From Trueperaceae bacterium (GTDB lineage: Bacteria; Deinococcota; Deinococci; Deinococcales; Trueperaceae), in assembly GCA_040905465.1 (NCBI GenBank), contig JBBDRK010000040.1, positions 1 to 37,605 on the forward strand: a stretch of 37,605 nt of DNA, read 5' to 3'. Each line of letters begins with the position of its first letter. The stretch's first letter is position 1. Positions 28,928-37,605 of this stretch are shown here, in pieces. The notes under the pieces were generated by a model that worked only from the letters and a program-made list of their open reading frames with translations, did not search any database and had not been told where the DNA came from. Both the position numbers and the translations under genes were made by a program.

Positions 28928-29347
28928 TCAGACCAGTTTCGCTTCCAGACGTATGTCGCTCACCGACAGGGCACGGGATATCGGGCAACCGGACTTGGCT
29001 GCCTTGGCCTGCTCCTGGAAGGTCGTGTCGTCGATCCCGGGCACGCGTGCCTCGGTCACCAGGTCGATGCGGCTTATCGCGAAGCCCTCGGCACTCTTCT
29101 CGAGGTGCACCCGGGCTTCGGTGCGGATCTCGTCGGGCGCGAAACCGGCGCCTCCCAGGTTGCCGCTGAGCGCCATCGAAAAGCAGGCCGCCAGGGCCGC
29201 CCCGATCATCTCTTCGGGGTTGGTGCCCTCGCCCTCCTCGAAGCGGGACGGAAACGAGTAGCTCCCTTCGAAGCCGCCGAAAGACGCGCTCCCCTTGCCC
29301 TCTTTGAGGCCGCCTCTCCAGACTGCATTGGCAGATCGTACAGCCAT
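28928..29347 (-). CDS. osmC: OsmC peroxiredoxin
   Basis: MAVRSANAVWRG, YSFPSRFE, GTNPEE, AACFSMAL, CPISRAL; GGGAGAG RBS before ATG 29347. Confidence 0.95.
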   Translation of the reverse strand: MAVRSANAVWRGGLKEGKGSASFGGFEGSYSFPSRFEEGEGTNPEEMIGAALAACFSMALSGNLGGAGFAPDEIRTEARVHLEKSAEGFAISRIDLVTEARVPGIDDTTFQEQAKAAKSGCPISRALSVSDIRLEAKLV

Positions 29348-29496
29348 GACTCTCCCTTCCTGGCCCGTTCGGACCGGCTCCGGCCGTGCCTGTCGACGTT
29401 CGGCCCCACGGGCAGCCACGCCGCTTGCCGGAGCCTCGCAGAGACAGTGTAACGGGGCGGGGGCGTGGTGAACCGCGCCAGGATTAGAGTGGAGGG

Positions 29497-31560
29497 GTGC
29501 CACTGACGGTCGAGGCCCCATACCAGCCCAAGGGCGACCAGCCGCAGGCGATCGCGAAGATCCTCGAGGGGCTCTCCGACGGCCTGCGCTATCAGACGCT
29601 CCTGGGGATCACGGGATCCGGCAAGACCCACACCATGGCGCGCGTCATCGAGGAGAGCCAACGTCCCGCGCTGATCCTGGCGCCCAACAAGATCCTCACC
29701 GCGCAACTGGCTTCGGAGTTCCGCGATTACTTCCCCAGCGCGGCGGTGGAGTTCTTCATCTCCTACTACGACTACTACCAGCCGGAAGCGTACGTACCGG
29801 CGCGCGACCTGTTCATCGAGAAAGACGCCAACATCAACGCCGAGCTGGAGCGGTTGCGTCACTCGACCACCCGCAGCCTGCTCACGCGCAACGACGTCAT
29901 CGTAGTCGCCTCGGTTTCGGCGATCTACGGCCTGGGCTCGCCTGAGACATACCAGTTGCTCAACATGATCCTGCAGGTCGGCCAGACCTTCGGCCGGGAC
30001 GAGATCCTCCAGCGGCTGGTCACCCAGCAGTACGAGCGCAACGACATCGAACTTGCGCCCGGCCGCTTCCGGGCCAAGGGCGACGTGATCGAGGTGTGGA
30101 CCGCTTACGAGGAGGAGCCGCTTCGGATCGAGCTGTGGGGCGACCAGGTCGACCGGCTGGTTATGATGGACCCGCTGACCGGCAACGAGCTGTCCGAGCT
30201 GGAGTCGACCACGGTTTTCCCTGCCAAGCACTACGTCACGCCGTTCGACCGGCTCGAGCCAGCCATTGCCCAGATCGAGCAGGACCTCGCCCAACGCCTG
30301 GAGTACTTCGAGCGATCCGGCAAGCTCCTGGAGAAGCAGCGACTCAACGAACGGGTGCGCTACGACCTGGAGATGCTGCGCACGCTGGGATACTGCTCGG
30401 GCATCGAGAACTACTCGCGTTACCTCGACGGCCGCAGTCCCGGCACTCCGCCCCATACCCTGCTCGATTACTTCCCCGACGACTTCATCACCTTCACCGA
30501 CGAGTCGCACATGATGCTTCCGCAGATTCGCGGAATGTTCAACGGCGACCGTGCCCGCAAGCAGACGCTGGTCGATTACGGTTTCCGGCTGCCTGCGGCG
30601 CTCGACAACCGGCCGCTTACCGACAACGAGTTCTTCTCGCGAGTCGGCCAGGTGGTATTCGTGTCCGCGACGCCTGCCAAGCAGGAACTGGAGATCTCGG
30701 ACCAGGTCGCGGAACAGGTGATCCGCCCGACCGGCCTGGTGGACCCGATGGTGGCCGTGAAGCCCAGCAAGGGGCAGATCGACGACCTGCTGTTCTCGAT
30801 CCGCGAGCGGGCGGCGAGCGGCGAGCGAGTGCTGGTGACCACGCTGACCAAGAAGATGGCCGAGGATCTCACCGAATTTCTCGCGCAGCAGGGGGTGCGG
30901 GTCCGCTACATGCACTCCGACATCGACGCCCTGGAGCGCCAGGTGATCATCCGCGACCTCAGGCTCGGGCACTTCGACGTGCTGGTGGGCATCAACCTCC
31001 TCCGCGAAGGCCTCGATCTGCCCGAGGTGTCGCTGGTGGCGATCCTGGACGCCGACAAGACCGGCTTCCTGCGCAGCGAACGCTCTCTCATCCAGACAAT
31101 CGGCCGGGCCGCTCGCAACGTGCGCGGAGAGGTGTTCCTCTACGCCGACGGCGTGTCGGACGCGATGCGCCTGGCCATCGACGAGACCGAACGGCGCCGC
31201 AACAAGCAACTCGAGTACAACCTCGAACACGGGATCACCCCGGAGACGATTCGCAAGAGGATCCACGAGGTAATCCGCCAGACGGAAGAAGCGGCGCCCG
31301 AGGCGAAGCTCAACCCCTGGGAGCGAGAGCTGGTCGATGACGACCTGCGCCAGCAGCTCGCCGAGCTGGAGAACGAGATGTGGAAGGCGTCCGAGGACCT
31401 CGATTTCGAGCGGGCGGCGGCCGTCCGGGACCAGATCCGGGAGGTCGAAGCCCGCCTGCAGGGCAAGGAGCTCAACCTCCCCACCCTGCCCGGCGGCAAG
31501 GCTCCCCAGGCACGGAGCGAGAAACGGCGCAGCAAGGAGAGCAAGCGCGTCCGGGCGTAG
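29497..31560 (+). CDS. uvrB: Excinuclease ABC subunit B
   Basis: [56 protein letters not shown]-terminal UVR domain. Confidence 0.99.
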   Translation: MPLTVEAPYQPKGDQPQAIAKILEGLSDGLRYQTLLGITGSGKTHTMARVIEESQRPALILAPNKILTAQLASEFRDYFPSAAVEFFISYYDYYQPEAYVPARDLFIEKDANINAELERLRHSTTRSLLTRNDVIVVASVSAIYGLGSPETYQLLNMILQVGQTFGRDEILQRLVTQQYERNDIELAPGRFRAKGDVIEVWTAYEEEPLRIELWGDQVDRLVMMDPLTGNELSELESTTVFPAKHYVTPFDRLEPAIAQIEQDLAQRLEYFERSGKLLEKQRLNERVRYDLEMLRTLGYCSGIENYSRYLDGRSPGTPPHTLLDYFPDDFITFTDESHMMLPQIRGMFNGDRARKQTLVDYGFRLPAALDNRPLTDNEFFSRVGQVVFVSATPAKQELEISDQVAEQVIRPTGLVDPMVAVKPSKGQIDDLLFSIRERAASGERVLVTTLTKKMAEDLTEFLAQQGVRVRYMHSDIDALERQVIIRDLRLGHFDVLVGINLLREGLDLPEVSLVAILDADKTGFLRSERSLIQTIGRAARNVRGEVFLYADGVSDAMRLAIDETERRRNKQLEYNLEHGITPETIRKRIHEVIRQTEEAAPEAKLNPWERELVDDDLRQQLAELENEMWKASEDLDFERAAAVRDQIREVEARLQGKELNLPTLPGGKAPQARSEKRRSKESKRVRA

Positions 31561-31617
31561 CGGCGGCCGCTCAGTGCTTGGCCGTAGCGAGCATACCGAC
31601 GGTATACTGCTCGAGCC

Positions 31618-33171
31618 TTGAACTACTCGGTCACTACGAGAAGCACTACCCGTCTAATAGCTCGGGCCGCGTTGCTGCTCGCGCTTCTGCTGCCACTGCC
31701 CGCGGCCCTTACCCAGCCGTATGCCGCCCAGGGCGGTTTCGACAGGCCCCGGGAGGTGGGCGGGTCCACGTCCTCCATGAGGTTTGCCGTCGCGGGCAGC
31801 GACGATGGTCCGGTGGCGTTCTGGAGCGATAACAACGGAATCCTGAGCAGCAACCTGAGCACCGGCAGCGCACCCGAGCGGATCGTCGAGGGGCGCGGTA
31901 TCCGTGAACTCGCGGCGACCGAAGTGAATGGGGAAGCGGCGTTGGCGTGGGCGCGACGCGACCTGGGAACCGGGCGAGCCCGGCACTGGCTTCGCTGGCA
32001 GGACGAACAGGTGCTGCTGCTCGACACCCTGCAACCGTACGAAATGAGTCTGGCCGCCGCGCCATCCGGTCCGGCCGTACTCATGGCCCGCGGCGAGGGA
32101 GGCGACACCATCCTGAGGCTCCACGCCTGGGGCAGCGGCGACACCGTCATCCGCACGAGCACGGTTTCGCTGGTTCGCTACCGGGCCGTGTTCGACGAAG
32201 CAGGTCGCGCCTACGTCTTCTGGCTCGAGGGGTTTCGCGATCACAATGCCGTGGGATTCGCTTCCGACGAGTGGACAGCCTACCTCGCCACTGTCGACCC
32301 TCACGGAACGGTGAGTGCGCCGGTGGAGTTGGGTCCGGCGAGCTATCAGGGAGGTGCCGGTTCGCAGACGGTACTTGCGCTATCGGAAGGGGAACCTCGG
32401 GTCCTGTGGCCGGGGCCGGGCGGACAGGTGCTGTTCGCCGGCCCGGATCGGGAGCCGATCGAGGTTGGCGAAGGCTCCGCCGTCGGCCTCGCCGATGGGC
32501 TCGCTTACTGGGCGGACGGCAGCTCGGTCCGCTCGCGCCGGCCGACCAGCAGCTCTGAGCCGATCAACGTGGTCTGGTCGCCTATCTCCATCCAGCGCGG
32601 CAAACTCGTGGAGTCCGGCGGCGACAACTACCTCGCCTGGTACGGCCCGATGCGCAGCGGCAAATTCGGCGTGTTCGCCAGTGACGACGGCACTCCCTTC
32701 CAGCCCACGCTGCTCGACCGGATCGCTGCCGCCATGGGCTGGAGCCCCTGGGGTATCTGGCAGGCTTTCATAGGTCAGGTGCTGGGCTCGCTGCTCGCGG
32801 CGTCGCTGATCTGCATGGCGCTCACCCCGATAGTCTGGGTCGGGGCAATGATAGCCGTGCGCGCCAACTCGTCCGCATCCAGCAGTCTCGGCGGCATCTC
32901 TGTCGGCCTGGTCATCCTGCTCGTCCCCATCGCGCTGACCTGGAACCAGGTTCCTCGTTCGGTCCACCGCGCGATCTTCGGAACGGTTCCCGAGCTCGTC
33001 GCCTGCCTGCTGCTGGCAGGGGCAGCTACCTGGTTGCTGCGCTGGAGGTCCGACAGCGAACCCCTCATCGGAACGATGGGCAGCGCCTGGTTGTTCCTGT
33101 TCCTGGGAATGTCCTCGCTCGGTTTCCTCACGTTCCAGTCGTGGCTGGAGATATGGCCGGCGTTGACCTGA
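31618..33171 (+). CDS. Hypothetical exported/membrane protein (signal peptide, beta-rich extracytoplasmic domain, 4-5 C-terminal TM helices)
   Basis: ARAALLLALLLPLPAALT signal-like segment; fills the uvrB-carD gap; hydrophobic C-terminal ~140 aa; TATACT upstream. Confidence 0.75.
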   Translation: MNYSVTTRSTTRLIARAALLLALLLPLPAALTQPYAAQGGFDRPREVGGSTSSMRFAVAGSDDGPVAFWSDNNGILSSNLSTGSAPERIVEGRGIRELAATEVNGEAALAWARRDLGTGRARHWLRWQDEQVLLLDTLQPYEMSLAAAPSGPAVLMARGEGGDTILRLHAWGSGDTVIRTSTVSLVRYRAVFDEAGRAYVFWLEGFRDHNAVGFASDEWTAYLATVDPHGTVSAPVELGPASYQGGAGSQTVLALSEGEPRVLWPGPGGQVLFAGPDREPIEVGEGSAVGLADGLAYWADGSSVRSRRPTSSSEPINVVWSPISIQRGKLVESGGDNYLAWYGPMRSGKFGVFASDDGTPFQPTLLDRIAAAMGWSPWGIWQAFIGQVLGSLLAASLICMALTPIVWVGAMIAVRANSSASSSLGGISVGLVILLVPIALTWNQVPRSVHRAIFGTVPELVACLLLAGAATWLLRWRSDSEPLIGTMGSAWLFLFLGMSSLGFLTFQSWLEIWPALT

Positions 33172-33221
33172 GTACGGCGAGCCGGCAAAAGGCACCCGCG
33201 GCAACGGAAACGAGCGCGGTC

Positions 33222-33239
33222 ACGGTACTATGGTACCGT
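33222..33239 (+). promoter_or_regulatory. carD -10 box inside an inverted repeat
   Basis: ACGGTAC-TATG-GTACCGT containing TACTAT (33226-33231). Confidence 0.5.
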
Positions 33240-33256
33240 TGAGGGTGGAGGAATCG

Positions 33257-33748
33257 GTGACATTTCAAGTGGGTGATCACGTCGTGTACCCCTCTCAGGG
33301 GGCGGGCCTGGTTCAGGAGAAGACCACGCGCGAGGTACTCGGCGAGACGCACGAGTATCTGAAGATCGTCTTCGTTCGGGGCGACATGGAGGTCCTGGTT
33401 CCCCTGCGCAAGGGGCAGGAAGTCGGCCTGCGTCACACCGTCGGCAAGGAGGAGATCGCTCAGCTGAGCGAGGCATTGGCGAAGGGTGATCTGTCCCTGC
33501 CCAGCCAGTGGCCGCCGCGCTATCGCGCCGAGCAGGACATCCTGGCCGCTGGTAGCGCCTACGACCTGGCTCGGCTCATCGGCGTCCTTGCCCGTCGTGA
33601 CGTGGAAAAAGGGCTTGCCGCTACCGAACGGGAGGTCCTGGAGACCGCCAAGAGCATGCTGGCCAGCGAATTCGCTGTCGTACAGGGGATCGCTCTTCGG
33701 GAGGCGGGCCGCCAACTGGAAGCGATAATCGGCGAGAACGTGGGCTGA
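33257..33748 (+). CDS. carD: CarD/CdnL RNA polymerase-binding factor
   Basis: MTFQVGDHVVYPSQGAG, VGLR, conserved Trp in LPSQWPPR; GGAGGA RBS before GTG 33257. Confidence 0.92.
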   Translation: MTFQVGDHVVYPSQGAGLVQEKTTREVLGETHEYLKIVFVRGDMEVLVPLRKGQEVGLRHTVGKEEIAQLSEALAKGDLSLPSQWPPRYRAEQDILAAGSAYDLARLIGVLARRDVEKGLAATEREVLETAKSMLASEFAVVQGIALREAGRQLEAIIGENVG

Positions 33749-33751
33749 GCG

Positions 33752-34579
33752 GTGGCGGGGGCGCTCCATGCGCCGAGCACCGTGCGCGACCTGCTCGAAC
33801 GACACGGTCTGCGCGCCGAGAAGTCTTTCGGACAGAACTTCCTGGTCGACATTCACGCACTGCAAGCCGTCGTGGACGCCGCCGAGCTGCGGGGCGACGA
33901 GACGGTGCTCGAGATCGGTCCGGGACTTGGCGTACTTACGCGCGAGTTGACGCGCCGCGCCGGCTCGGTCGTGAGCGTCGAACTCGACCGGCGACTGCTG
34001 GCGGTGTTGCGGGAGACGGTTGGGGACGCCGACAATCTGGAGGTCAGGCTGGGGGATGCCATGCAATTCGACTTCTCGCTCCTGCCGCCTGGCAGCCTGG
34101 TGGTGGCCAACCTGCCTTACAACATCGCCACCGGCTTCATCGTGCGAGCCCTGGAATCGGGCGTATTTCGGCGATTGGTGGTGATGGTCCAGAAGGAGGT
34201 GGCAGAGCGACTGGTGGCAGCCGCCGGCAGCGACCCTTACGGAGCGGTGAGCCTGATCGTGGCTCACTTCGCTCACGCGCGAATAGTGCGACACGTTTCG
34301 CCGGGATCCTTCTATCCGCCGCCCGAAGTTACATCATCGATCGTTCGCCTCGACGTACGATCCGACGCACGGCCCCAACCCGAGCTGTTCCGACTGGTGC
34401 GCGACGGCTTTCGGCATCGCCGCAAGACGCTGGCCAAGAACCTGCAGATGGCCGGTTACTCTCGTCCGCTGGTGAGCGCCGCTCTTGCAGAGGAGGGCCT
34501 GGACGCTCGGATTCGAGCCGAGCAACTCGATCTCGAAGCCTTCGTCGGCCTCAGGCACCGATTGCAGGCCGGAACATAG
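33752..34579 (+). CDS. rsmA: 16S rRNA dimethyladenosine transferase RsmA/KsgA
   Basis: KSFGQNFL, VLEIGPGLG, VANLPYNI, MVQKEVAERL, HRRKTL. Confidence 0.97.
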   Translation: MAGALHAPSTVRDLLERHGLRAEKSFGQNFLVDIHALQAVVDAAELRGDETVLEIGPGLGVLTRELTRRAGSVVSVELDRRLLAVLRETVGDADNLEVRLGDAMQFDFSLLPPGSLVVANLPYNIATGFIVRALESGVFRRLVVMVQKEVAERLVAAAGSDPYGAVSLIVAHFAHARIVRHVSPGSFYPPPEVTSSIVRLDVRSDARPQPELFRLVRDGFRHRRKTLAKNLQMAGYSRPLVSAALAEEGLDARIRAEQLDLEAFVGLRHRLQAGT

Positions 34580-34598
34580 AATGGGAAGGGAAATCCGT

Positions 34599-34604
34599 TA
34601 TAAT
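34599..34604 (+). promoter_or_regulatory. Consensus -10 box upstream of the PfkB kinase
   Basis: TATAAT in an AT-richer intergenic gap. Confidence 0.55.
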
Positions 34605-34648
34605 GCCGCAAGCGCTAATTGAATGCCAACCGACGTCGGAGAGGGTGG

Positions 34649-35593
34649 ATGTGTAAGTTTCTAGTTGTCGGCGACGCCACCGTCGACCAGATGTATTTTG
34701 TCAGCGAGCTGCCCGAAGCCGGTGGGGAAGCTACTGCACTGCGCGCCGTCATGGAACCGGGCGGCGCCGGCGGCACCGTGGCAACGGCGCTCGCTCGTCT
34801 GGGCGATCCCGTGAAGATCGCCACCCGCGTCGGCACCGGACCGTTTTCGGAGTTGGCGCTGCGCAACATGCGCGCCGGCGGAGTCGACACCAGTCTCATC
34901 CAGGTCGACGACCGGCTCCAGACTTCCAGCGTCACGCTGCTCATCACCCCGGACACGCAGCGAACCATGATCACCGCTGCCGGAGCCTCCCGCTACCTCG
35001 ATTCAGCCGCGCTCAAGGCCGAAGACGTGGCCGAGTGCGACGCCTTGATAATGAGCGCCTACAGTCTGATAGGCGGCCGGCAGCGCGAATACGCGGTGCG
35101 CGCACTGGAATACGCTTCCAAGGCCAACGTCACGACGTTCATCGACATGGGGTCGGGCGCGGTGAACGCGCTGCGCGACCGTCTGATCGGGCTGGTGCGG
35201 GAGGTCGACTACCTGCTGATGAACGAACGCGAGCTCTACACCCTCACGGGCGAGAGTTCCATTTCCGACGCTGTTTCAGGGCTGCGTGAGCACGGCATCG
35301 AACGGGTGATCGTCAAGGTCGGCGAGATGGGCTCGATCGTGATCACGCCTGAGCTGACCGAGCTGATCGAGGCGTTCGAGGTCGACGGAGTGGTCGATTC
35401 GACAGGCGCCGGCGACTACTACACGGCGGCGTTCGCTCACGCCATCATGCGCGGCGACGACCTGCTGCACGCCGCTCGCCTGGGGAACATCGCCGGGGCG
35501 CTCAATACCACCATGGTGGGCGCCCAGAGCTACCCGATCAGCGCCAGTGAGCTCGACCGTCACGCGGAAGAGCTGGACGCGGTCCAGGGGTAG
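34649..35593 (+). CDS. PfkB/ribokinase-family carbohydrate kinase
   Basis: VVGDATVD, PGGAGG, MNERE, VKVGEMG, VDSTGAGD; ATG 34649 after GGAGAGGG. Confidence 0.93.
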   Translation: MCKFLVVGDATVDQMYFVSELPEAGGEATALRAVMEPGGAGGTVATALARLGDPVKIATRVGTGPFSELALRNMRAGGVDTSLIQVDDRLQTSSVTLLITPDTQRTMITAAGASRYLDSAALKAEDVAECDALIMSAYSLIGGRQREYAVRALEYASKANVTTFIDMGSGAVNALRDRLIGLVREVDYLLMNERELYTLTGESSISDAVSGLREHGIERVIVKVGEMGSIVITPELTELIEAFEVDGVVDSTGAGDYYTAAFAHAIMRGDDLLHAARLGNIAGALNTTMVGAQSYPISASELDRHAEELDAVQG

Positions 35594-36560
35594 CGCCATC
35601 TCTTACCTGCCTGACGGCGGCCGGCCCCAACCGAGGTCGGCGTGGCTACGCTCGCTCCTGGCGGCCTGCCTACTGTGCCTCGGATCCCTTCCCGCGGCGG
35701 CCCAGGAAGGCTTCGCGGAGCGCTTCGACCAGGCGTGGCGCCTGGTGGCGGAGCGCTATTGGAACCTGGAGGCTCGCGCTCTCGACTGGGACGCCGTAGG
35801 CGAGCGCTACCGGCCGCAGGCGCTGGCGGCGGCGGACGAGGCCGAGTTCTACGCACTCCTCGAAGAGATGTATCAGGAGCTCGGCGACGACCACTCCACG
35901 TTCGTTCCGCCGGTTCGGGTGGAGGAGATCCGCCGTGCCTACGGCAACCTCCCCTGTCTGGCCGTGCTCGGTCAGAGCGGGGCCGACACGAGCTTCGGGC
36001 GGATCAGCTTCCGTCGCTACGGAGACGTCGGCTACCTGCGCCTGCCGGATCTGGCGTCTCCGGGGGTCGCCGACGACACCCGGCAGGCGGTAAGGAGCCT
36101 GAGTGACGATGGGGTCAGTTCCCTGATACTCGACCTGCGAGGAAACCCCGGCGGCCGACTGGTGTCGATGATGCAGGTGGCGGGCGTGTTCACCCGGGGA
36201 TTCCTGTGGCGAGTGCTCACCCGCTGGTCGCTCCCTCTTCCCTATCCCGCGCTGGGAGCGGTCGAGACGGAGCTCCCGCTGGTAGTGCTGACCGACGGCC
36301 AGGTGAACAGCGCCGCGGAAGGCCTGGCGGGCGCCTTGCAACGACAGGGCCGGGCCCTGGTGGTGGGACAGGCGACGGCCGGCAACGTGGAAGCGGTTCT
36401 GCCCTTCTGCCTGCGCGACGGCTCGCAGGCCTGGATCGCTACCGGCGTGCTCGCTCCGATCGGCGGGGCGACCTGGGAGGGGCAGGGAGTGGTACCGGAT
36501 CTGCCCAGCGAACCCGACCAGGCGCTGGACGTGGCGCTGCGGCACCTGCGGGAGAGGTGA
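35547..36560 (+). CDS. Secreted S41-family peptidase without a PDZ domain (start codon uncertain)
   Basis: Signal-like LRSLLAACLLCLGSLPAAA; LGDDHS, VGYLRL, LDLRGNPGG, NSAAE, GQATAG, EGQGVVPD. Confidence 0.85.
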   Translation: MSSTVTRKSWTRSRGSAISYLPDGGRPQPRSAWLRSLLAACLLCLGSLPAAAQEGFAERFDQAWRLVAERYWNLEARALDWDAVGERYRPQALAAADEAEFYALLEEMYQELGDDHSTFVPPVRVEEIRRAYGNLPCLAVLGQSGADTSFGRISFRRYGDVGYLRLPDLASPGVADDTRQAVRSLSDDGVSSLILDLRGNPGGRLVSMMQVAGVFTRGFLWRVLTRWSLPLPYPALGAVETELPLVVLTDGQVNSAAEGLAGALQRQGRALVVGQATAGNVEAVLPFCLRDGSQAWIATGVLAPIGGATWEGQGVVPDLPSEPDQALDVALRHLRER

Positions 36561-36591
36561 CCGCCGCCGACATGGCGGACGCGAGATAGCC

Positions 36592-37452
36592 GTGCCGGAG
36601 GTGGTCGTGCGCGGGGTAACGGTGGCACGCCTGGGAGAGCACGTCTGGTGCCTGCCGCTGCCGAGCCGCACCATGCCGCCCTTCACGACCACCAACACCT
36701 ATCTGATCGTGGCCGATGGAGTCGCGGTGATCGTTGACCCCGGTTTCAACGACGAGCCCTCCCTGGAGATCGTGCGCGGGGCGCTCGACACTCTGGGCGC
36801 CAGACTGGTGAAGGCCATCCTCCTCACCCACACTCACGGGGACCATCTGGCAGGGCTCGAGCTTGTCTCGGCGGCGTTCCAGCGACCCGCGATATACCTC
36901 CATCCTGAGGAACTCGCCGGCGTGCCTGGCGAATCGACAGTTCACGGCATGACCGACGGCCGTACGCTGACCGTCGGAAGCGCCCTGGTTCGCGCGCTGC
37001 ACACTCCGGGCCACAGTCCCGGTCACCTGTGTTTCCACCTGACCGAAGCTGGGGTGCTGCTGGCCGGCGACCTGGTCGCCGGATCCGGCTCGGTCTGGGT
37101 CGGGCTGCCGGAGGGCGATGTCGGCGAGTACCTGGCCTCACTCGAGCGCATGGAGGCGCTGCCGGGCCTGGCGAGCCTGGGCCCGGGTCACGGCCCGCAG
37201 GTCGACCGGCCCTACGAGCGCCTGCGCGAGTCGCGGGAGCACCGGCAGGACCGCGAAGAGCAGGTGTTGTCTTCACTCGGTTCACCGCTCTCGCTGGCCG
37301 ACTTGCGCGCCTCGGTCTACGGCGACCTGCCGGAATCGTTGCAGAGGGCAGCCGAGGCCAGCCTGCTTGCGCACCTGCGCAAGCTGATGGGCGAATTGCG
37401 GGTGGTCCACCTGGGGGACAACGAGCAGGGCCCCTACGTTCTGCGCCGCTAG
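36592..37452 (+). CDS. MBL-fold metallo-hydrolase (LACTB2-like)
   Basis: TNTYLI, VDPG, THTHGDH, HTPGHSPGH, AGD, PGHG, C-terminal winged helix SLLAHLRKL. Confidence 0.92.
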   Translation: MPEVVVRGVTVARLGEHVWCLPLPSRTMPPFTTTNTYLIVADGVAVIVDPGFNDEPSLEIVRGALDTLGARLVKAILLTHTHGDHLAGLELVSAAFQRPAIYLHPEELAGVPGESTVHGMTDGRTLTVGSALVRALHTPGHSPGHLCFHLTEAGVLLAGDLVAGSGSVWVGLPEGDVGEYLASLERMEALPGLASLGPGHGPQVDRPYERLRESREHRQDREEQVLSSLGSPLSLADLRASVYGDLPESLQRAAEASLLAHLRKLMGELRVVHLGDNEQGPYVLRR

Positions 37453-37513
37453 AGAGGCACGGCCGCAATGAGCACCGCCAAGGCATACACCGTCACCAAC
37501 TCGCGAGTAGCCG

Positions 37514-37605
37514 TCAACCCTCCAGGAAGTCGCGCAGCTTGCGGGTCCTGCTCTCGTGATACTTCAGCTTCCGCAACGCCTTGTTCTCGATCTGCCTGAT
37601 CCGCT
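37514..37605 (-). CDS. rpoD: 3' end of the primary sigma factor SigA/RpoD (5'-truncated; not in the ORF track)
   Basis: Manual translation RIRQIENKALRKLKYHESRTRKLRDFLEG*; region 4.2 plus a Thermus-like tail. Confidence 0.93.
   Translation of the reverse strand, partial: RIRQIENKALRKLKYHESRTRKLRDFLEG

Noticed and set aside
29348-29496. SOS box or RDRM upstream of uvrB
   Set aside because: No convincing palindrome found by eye.
29206-31266. 686-aa minus-strand ORF
   Set aside because: Antisense shadow of uvrB.

Overview
GC-rich bacterial chromosome segment, almost certainly Deinococcota (Truepera-like). The evidence is a Thermus-type V/A-ATP synthase operon (G-I-K-E-C-F-A-B-D, signal-peptide-bearing proteolipid), a SigA C-terminus ending LKYHESRTRKLRDFL, and many genes with a -10 box 5-7 nt before the start codon (leaderless type). 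Most of the window is housekeeping or metabolic: atp operon, dnaG, PRTase, purU, MATE, ruvB, a PATAN/DUF4388-receiver protein, a sugar ABC importer, acetoacetate-CoA ligase, an ABC exporter, osmC, uvrB, carD, rsmA, a PfkB kinase, an S41 peptidase, an MBL hydrolase and the rpoD 3' end. A ~5 kb accessory-looking islet (8.7-13.6 kb) holds an orphan N6-adenine DNA methyltransferase, PaiB, a VapBC pair with a palindromic operator, a membrane protein and a metallophosphoesterase. The best unexplained signal is non-coding: a 71-bp hairpin present twice in opposite orientation (12619-12689, 15828-15898; 58/71 identical by hand alignment), with compensatory stem changes and a conserved GAAAGGA apical loop always on the transcribed strand. 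One copy sits in a mosaic repeat region upstream of dnaG. No CRISPR, rRNA, tRNA, transposase or integrase was seen. All calls are by eye; no database searches were run.
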